NCBI GenBank assembly: GCA_964428315.1
Contig: CAYRXT010000003.1
Location: 4,151 to 68,150, forward strand
Length of the DNA: 64,000 nucleotides
Reading direction: 5' to 3'
Source: an uncultured Planctomycetales bacterium
Lineage (GTDB): Bacteria > Omnitrophota > Gorgyraeia > Zapsychrales > CAYRXT01
Both the position numbers and the translations under genes were made by a program. Below the pieces are notes generated by a model, which had not been told where the DNA came from, did no database searches, and saw nothing but the letters and a program-made list of their open reading frames with translations. Shown here one piece after another: positions 59,152 through 64,000 of this stretch; within the stretch, counting starts at the first letter, position 1; each line of letters begins with the position of its first letter.

Positions 59152-59377
59152 TCAAAAGATACCTGCCGTCATGTCTAGGGACAGCCGCCTCCTCAGGGAA
59201 GCGATGGCCTCGTCAAAACTACTGGTCTTGGACGCAAAATCGTCTCTTTCGGCCAACCTCGCGCCGGTCGCGTTCACAGCCGCCGGTATTAGCCGCGCAG
59301 ATCTCAATTTTCTGAAGAAATGCCTGAAGAACTAGAACAGCAAGATAGCGCTGGTGCCGGGATCCCGGGGACATGCT

Positions 59378-60763
59378 TTAGCCGGAATACACCGGCAACA
59401 GAATGACGGCGGCAAAGGCCAGCATCATGCTGACGAGGCCGACCGACAGGCCGATCTTCAGCCATTCGAAGAAAGGCACCTTAAGATTTTGCTCCTTTTC
59501 CAGGAGCCCCAGGGCCACGATATTGGCCGTGGAACCGATCATCGTGATGTTCCCTCCGTAGCAGGCCCCGAAAAGCAAAGACCACCACAAAGGCTGAAGA
59601 TTCACGTGCATCATGTCCAGGCTCTTGACGACAGGGACATAAGAGGCCACTGCCACGACGTTATCCAGACCGCTGGAAAGGAATCCGCTTGTGAATAAAA
59701 CGGTCCCCGATAGGATGTTCGGGTGATTCCCGATAATCTCGATCAGCTTATCGGCGATAAAACCCGCTATACCTGTCGCCTGGATGACCCCCGCCTGGGC
59801 AAACAGAAAAAGAAAAAACAAAAGCGAGTTCCACTCCACTTCCTTTTCCACGTAAATCCTCGCCTTGTCATGCCGGTAGATCATGACAATGCCGGCCGCA
59901 ATCACCGGCAGCATGATCAGCAGCGTGTTTTCTTCCAGGGCAAGCAGGATCTCCAGCCTCCTGTGCAGGGCGATGAGCAGGATCGTCACGCCGAAAATCA
60001 TCATGCTGATCTTCGTCTTTCTGTCCGCCGGGATGGAAATGAGATAGAGGAAACTCGTATCCCCCGAATACACTTTCAGCTTTTCGGTCAGTTCCCTGAT
60101 GTACTCTTTATAGTGAACCGCCAGCATCCACACAATGACGAAAAGGACGCAAAGGCTTAAAGGCAACGCCCGCGTAAGAAAGTCCTCGAAGGAAAGACCG
60201 CTGCGCGCGGCGATCAGAACTCCGACCGGATTCCCCAAGACGGTCGCCGCCGAGCCGATATTCGTGGCCAGGACAGAAGAGATCACCAGGGGCATGGCGC
60301 GGATCTCGAGCAGACTGCTGATATTGAGTATCACCGTGACCATCAGGATAATCGAGGTCACCTCGCCCATCAGCGCGGAAAAGATCGCCGAAACGAACAT
60401 CAGGATAACGAACAGCTTCAGCCCCGTCAGATTCCTGACCCTCAGGAGGACTGTTATGATCCAGTAAAAGAATCCCGCCTCCTTCATCATGCCGACGATG
60501 ATCATCATAGAAATAAGGAAGAGGATGACGTCCAGCGAGGCGAAACGGATAAATTCTTCCAGATTCACGGCCTTGATCATAAGGAAAATGCCGCTGCCCA
60601 TGAAGACAAAGCTCAGGCGGAAATCCCAGAAGAACAACGTCCCCAAAATCGAGAGGTTAAAGATGGCCAGCACAACGGACTGTTTGGCATCAAGACCGAC
60701 GGCATGACCGCCAAAACCGACCAGAAGGGTTAAGAGAATCAGGAGAGAAAACTTTTGTTTCAT
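59378..60763 (-). CDS. ArsB/NhaD superfamily anion permease (CitMHS/SLC13-like)
   Basis: 461 aa and highly hydrophobic with internal repeat halves. ...GNPVGVLIA... and ...GSTANIV... hairpin-like motifs. Confidence 0.6.
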   Translation of the reverse strand: MKQKFSLLILLTLLVGFGGHAVGLDAKQSVVLAIFNLSILGTLFFWDFRLSFVFMGSGIFLMIKAVNLEEFIRFASLDVILFLISMMIIVGMMKEAGFFYWIITVLLRVRNLTGLKLFVILMFVSAIFSALMGEVTSIILMVTVILNISSLLEIRAMPLVISSVLATNIGSAATVLGNPVGVLIAARSGLSFEDFLTRALPLSLCVLFVIVWMLAVHYKEYIRELTEKLKVYSGDTSFLYLISIPADRKTKISMMIFGVTILLIALHRRLEILLALEENTLLIMLPVIAAGIVMIYRHDKARIYVEKEVEWNSLLFFLFLFAQAGVIQATGIAGFIADKLIEIIGNHPNILSGTVLFTSGFLSSGLDNVVAVASYVPVVKSLDMMHVNLQPLWWSLLFGACYGGNITMIGSTANIVALGLLEKEQNLKVPFFEWLKIGLSVGLVSMMLAFAAVILLPVYSG

Positions 60764-60895
60764 TCAGGCCGTTCCTTCATTTTTTTTGCTATGATAACAT
60801 TTTTATACGATTTGTGAATTCATGCAAGAATTTTCCAAGATTTCTGGTAAGATAACATGGTCTTTTGTTCAGTTTGTCCAATAACAGGATAACCC

Positions 60896-61693
60896 ATGTT
60901 AGAAAAAATCGTTTTGGGCGCCGTCCAGGGCATCGCCGAATGGCTGCCGGTCAGTTCGGAAGGACTGATCGTCCTTGTCAAAACACAACTCTTTTCCGAC
61001 ACGTCTTCGCTGGATGCCATCATGCGCGAAGCCCTCTTTTTCCATTTTGGCACCTTCCTGGCTGCTTTGGTCTATTTACGCAAAGACGTCGGTGTCCTGT
61101 TCAAGGCCCTGATGAATCGCCGGTCGGCAGAAGAAACCAACCGGAACATCCTCTCGTTTCTTATCGTCTCCACCCTGGTCACGGGAGTTGTGGGACTGCT
61201 CATCTTTACCGGCATTCAATTTATTCATTTCAATCTTCTCTTAACGGGAAAAATCATCACGTTCGGCATCGGATTATGCCTTATCTTCACCGCTTTCCTG
61301 CAGATCAGGATGTCACGCGGAGGCGCGCGCGGCGCGGACGAACTGAATTGGAAAGACGGCGTCCTGCTGGGGTTTGTTCAGGGATGTTCCGTCATCCCGG
61401 GATTGTCGCGGTCCGGACTGACAGTGGCCGCTCTGCTATTCCGCAAGGTCAACAAGTCGCTGGCCCTGCGACTGAGTTTTCTGATGAGTCTGCCCGTCGT
61501 GCTGTTCGGCAACATCCTGCTCAATACCAAGGACTTGTTTTCTTTCCGTCCGGACTTCCTCCTCGGAACAGGCTGCGCTTTCCTCTTCGGACTCCTCACT
61601 ATCCACGCGCTCCTCACCTTGGCGCGGAGGGTCAATTTCGGCTACTTCGTTCTTCTCTTCGCCTTCGTAACGATCATGGCCGCCTTCTTCTAA
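60896..61693 (+). CDS. uppP: undecaprenyl-diphosphate phosphatase (BacA/UppP)
   Basis: ...AVQGIAEWLPVSSEG... and ...PGLSRSG... are the BacA motifs. 265 aa with 8 TM helices. Confidence 0.8.
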   Translation: MLEKIVLGAVQGIAEWLPVSSEGLIVLVKTQLFSDTSSLDAIMREALFFHFGTFLAALVYLRKDVGVLFKALMNRRSAEETNRNILSFLIVSTLVTGVVGLLIFTGIQFIHFNLLLTGKIITFGIGLCLIFTAFLQIRMSRGGARGADELNWKDGVLLGFVQGCSVIPGLSRSGLTVAALLFRKVNKSLALRLSFLMSLPVVLFGNILLNTKDLFSFRPDFLLGTGCAFLFGLLTIHALLTLARRVNFGYFVLLFAFVTIMAAFF

Positions 61694-62457
61694 TCCTGTT
61701 TTAGCGTCCTCTCAAACCATCTGCGGACCGCCCCGAGCATCTGGGTCCTGTTGTTGCGGACAAGGTATTCCGCGTGGGGACCCTTGGGGATCATGGTCAA
61801 CTGTTTCTCCGCATGTGTCTTTTCAAACAGCTTAAGAGAATGCCAAGGTTTGATCAACCAGTCGGCTTCACCATGAATGTAGCAGACCGGCACGCTTAGC
61901 CTGGAAACGACATTGACGGGTTTCTCTTTGGGAAGCCAGAACGGTCCGGGCCGCACGCCCTTGCCGAACCTCCCGTTTCCGATAAGATTGTAGACTATAT
62001 CCGTTTCCACATCGAGCTCCCAGAACCGGTAATCGATCCGCTCGAATTCGGTCGGGCAGCTCACGGCAATAAGGCTGTCGATCTTCTCTGTCCTGCCGGC
62101 CGCGATCAAGCTTGTCGCCGCGCCGAGGGAGAATCCGACAAGGCCCAGATGCTTATAATGCCGGCCGGCGTATTCGATCACCGCCTCGAGATCGAGATGT
62201 TCCTTGGCAGTCCAATAAAAAAGCCCTGCGCTTCGGCCGTGTCCGCGGAAATCAAAAAGAAGGACATCGTAGCGGTCATGGATGGCCGATCCCAGCTCCT
62301 TAAGGAGAAGGGATTCCTTGCTGTTAAAAAAACCGTGGGCCACAATAACCACCGAGCTATGGCCTGCCTTATACAGGTCAAATGATACCCGGCACCCGTC
62401 TTTGGTTTCAAGGTGAGAGCAAAGGGCCGGCTTAAACACCCTTCGGCCCGCTTTCAC
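61690..62457 (-). CDS. alpha/beta hydrolase fold protein
   Basis: ...VIVAHGFFNS...GFSLGAA... nucleophile elbow (G-x-S-x-G). 255 aa. Confidence 0.6.
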   Translation of the reverse strand: MKAGRRVFKPALCSHLETKDGCRVSFDLYKAGHSSVVIVAHGFFNSKESLLLKELGSAIHDRYDVLLFDFRGHGRSAGLFYWTAKEHLDLEAVIEYAGRHYKHLGLVGFSLGAATSLIAAGRTEKIDSLIAVSCPTEFERIDYRFWELDVETDIVYNLIGNGRFGKGVRPGPFWLPKEKPVNVVSRLSVPVCYIHGEADWLIKPWHSLKLFEKTHAEKQLTMIPKGPHAEYLVRNNRTQMLGAVRRWFERTLKQD

Positions 62458-64000
62458 CCGTCAGGCATGCGACGGGAAATTCTTGGATGATATCCCCCAC
62501 AGGGACCCTTTCGCCCCCTTTCAAAGACCGTCCGGTCAAACAATCCCGCCACGCCGAAGGGGATCCGGACGGGAGCAAAAGCGCTGTGTCCTCCCACAGA
62601 CTCCGCCCAAAAGGCAATTGCTCTTCTTCCATGACGGTAGTCAGGAAACGAGGGGCCGCCGTCAGAACCCACCGGTCATCCAACCTGCGGATGAAAGACA
62701 GGACATGTCCCTTGCGCGTTCCCTCAATATCGACCGCAAGATATTCTCCTCGGGCAAAAACATCCGCCCAGCGTTGTCTGATAAGCAGGATTTTATTGAT
62801 CAAAAACATTTTGATCATACCGTTATGCCTCTCGCGCCAAAGCTGCTTTAACCAGTCCGACGGTTCACTCCCCGATTGTCTTTTTATTTCCGCCAAATAA
62901 CGCCTCCTCTGTTCATAGTCGACCGGCCGCCGGTTATCGGGGTCCACGAGGCTGAAGTCCCACAACTCCGCGCCCTGATAAAAGTCCGGGACGCCCGGCG
63001 AGGTCATCTTGAGAAGCGTCTGTGACAACGAATTATATACGCCGAAATAGGCGATCTTTCGCCGAAAGGCACCAAAGTCCTGCAGAAATTCCTCCGATTG
63101 GACCGGGTCCAGAATCCGGCTGATAAAACGGCAGTAGGCATCCTCGTATTCGGTGTCAGGAGAAAGCCAGGCCGTATGAACCTTGGCCTCCCGCACGGCC
63201 TTAACGATGTACGTCATGATGCGGTCGGCGTAATCGTCCTGGGGCGCCGTGTCGAAAGGCCACGTCCCTAAAAGCGTCTGATATAGAAAGTATTCATCGT
63301 TGTTTTCCGGTATGCTCCGTCCGGACAGTTTTTTCTTTTTGTTGCGGTTCAGCCTGCGCCAGACACGCAGTCTTCTCCCCCATTCTTCGGGCAATTCGGA
63401 AAGCACGTTGAGCCTGGCGCGCACATCCTCTCCCCGTTTTGTGTCGTGGGTCGCGGTGGCATTCATGCCCGACGGCCAGTGGCGGTTCTTGTCCGCGTTA
63501 TAATGATGGAACGCCGCACCGCTTGTGCCGAATGTTTCCGGCGCGCCCCCCACTTCATTCAGGGACAACAGACGGTTGTAGACGTACAAGCCGGTGTCCT
63601 CGAATCCTTTGGCCATCAACGGACCGGTAAACTGCTGGAAGCGCATCACAAAGCGTATCCACTCCCGTTTTTCCTTTTCCGTGCAATAGTCTTTGAACCT
63701 CAGGAACAAAAAGTTCTCGATGAAATTCAGTTCATTCATCATGCCGGGATTATCCGACTTGACGTTCTTGACAGTCCGTTCGAGGATCAGGCGGTCCTGC
63801 GTCCCGATAGACGACCCGTTGATATAAGTCCGGTAGACCGGGAAATAGGCCATAACCTCGACAAGGGCGCGCTTCAGCCCGTAAAGCGTGATATCGCTGC
63901 CGTAACGGTCATTCTTCGAGATGCGTTTCATGTGACGAGCCAGGTTGTCGATATCCCCAGCCATATGCTTGCCCATGATGAGCCTCTTTTTGTTCTTCAT
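62432..64000 (-). CDS. treY: malto-oligosyltrehalose synthase, C-terminal ~520 aa (partial; N-terminus beyond the window end)
   Basis: ...VPDFYQGAELWDFSLVDPDNRRPVDY... and ...TATHDTKRGEDVRARL... are characteristic of TreY. The ORF reaches the window edge; an ATG at the edge is probably coincidental. Confidence 0.7.
   Translation of the reverse strand: MKNKKRLIMGKHMAGDIDNLARHMKRISKNDRYGSDITLYGLKRALVEVMAYFPVYRTYINGSSIGTQDRLILERTVKNVKSDNPGMMNELNFIENFLFLRFKDYCTEKEKREWIRFVMRFQQFTGPLMAKGFEDTGLYVYNRLLSLNEVGGAPETFGTSGAAFHHYNADKNRHWPSGMNATATHDTKRGEDVRARLNVLSELPEEWGRRLRVWRRLNRNKKKKLSGRSIPENNDEYFLYQTLLGTWPFDTAPQDDYADRIMTYIVKAVREAKVHTAWLSPDTEYEDAYCRFISRILDPVQSEEFLQDFGAFRRKIAYFGVYNSLSQTLLKMTSPGVPDFYQGAELWDFSLVDPDNRRPVDYEQRRRYLAEIKRQSGSEPSDWLKQLWRERHNGMIKMFLINKILLIRQRWADVFARGEYLAVDIEGTRKGHVLSFIRRLDDRWVLTAAPRFLTTVMEEEQLPFGRSLWEDTALLLPSGSPSAWRDCLTGRSLKGGERVPVGDIIQEFPVACLTGESGPKGV

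Noticed and set aside
60865-61704. 279-aa plus-strand ORF overlapping uppP in another frame
   Set aside because: The translation is Arg/Pro/Gly-rich without motifs. The overlapping frame 60896..61693 has clear BacA/UppP signatures.
63998-64000. ATG exactly at the window edge as the treY start
   Set aside because: TreY is ~800-900 aa and the visible part corresponds to its C-terminal domains only. The edge ATG is most likely an internal Met.

Overview
The window is dominated by one very large, co-directional glycan-biosynthesis super-locus. About 55 consecutive minus-strand genes run from position 1 to 58146, with tiny or overlapping intergenic gaps. It is entered from a 160-bp AT-rich island at 56586..56745 that carries a near-consensus sigma70 promoter. 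The window then ends with housekeeping genes: metF, an ArsB/NhaD permease, uppP, an alpha/beta hydrolase and a partial treY.

The super-locus contains:
- A pseudaminic-acid-type nonulosonic-acid pathway (PseB, PseC, PseH-like GNAT, PseG, PseI-like synthase and two SpsF/PseF-like cytidylyltransferases, one fused to a Gfo/Idh/MocA oxidoreductase).
- An embedded acyl module inside that pathway: a dedicated ACP, a FabH-like KAS III and an LpxD-like acyltransferase.
- Further tailoring genes in the same block: a second DegT aminotransferase, a Gfo/Idh/MocA oxidoreductase, a FemAB-like acyltransferase, a methyltransferase, a GSA-aminomutase-like aminotransferase, an AAC(3)-like acetyltransferase and an M28-peptidase-like protein.
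- Two KpsS/KpsC-like (Capsule_synth) paralogs beside the Pse genes.
- A CDP-hexose branch (RfbF, RfbG) with a C-methyltransferase, a 3,5-epimerase (TTG start), a ketoreductase and a CmcI-like O-methyltransferase. A second C-methyltransferase is truncated at the window start.
- GDP-fucose genes (gmd, fcl), a second Gmd paralog, rmlB, and an NDP-sugar nucleotidyltransferase, dehydratase and reductase set.
- A WbaP-like initiating phosphoglycosyltransferase, TagA-like GT26, several GT2 and GT4 enzymes, and two GT2-methyltransferase fusions with opposite domain order.
- Three polyprenyl-P-sugar synthase plus GT-C membrane transferase pairs, one with a DUF2061 protein.
- An MsbA/PglK-like ABC exporter.
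- Three Wzy_C (O-antigen-ligase family) proteins, two carrying 300-400-aa hydrophilic insertions.

Non-coding highlights are a ~115-nt structured repeat present twice in intergenic positions, and a perfect 7-3-7 palindrome sitting on the transcription start of the sigma70 promoter. GC content is mosaic. No CRISPR array, transposase or integrase was seen. All long plus-strand ORFs inside the locus are antisense shadows.
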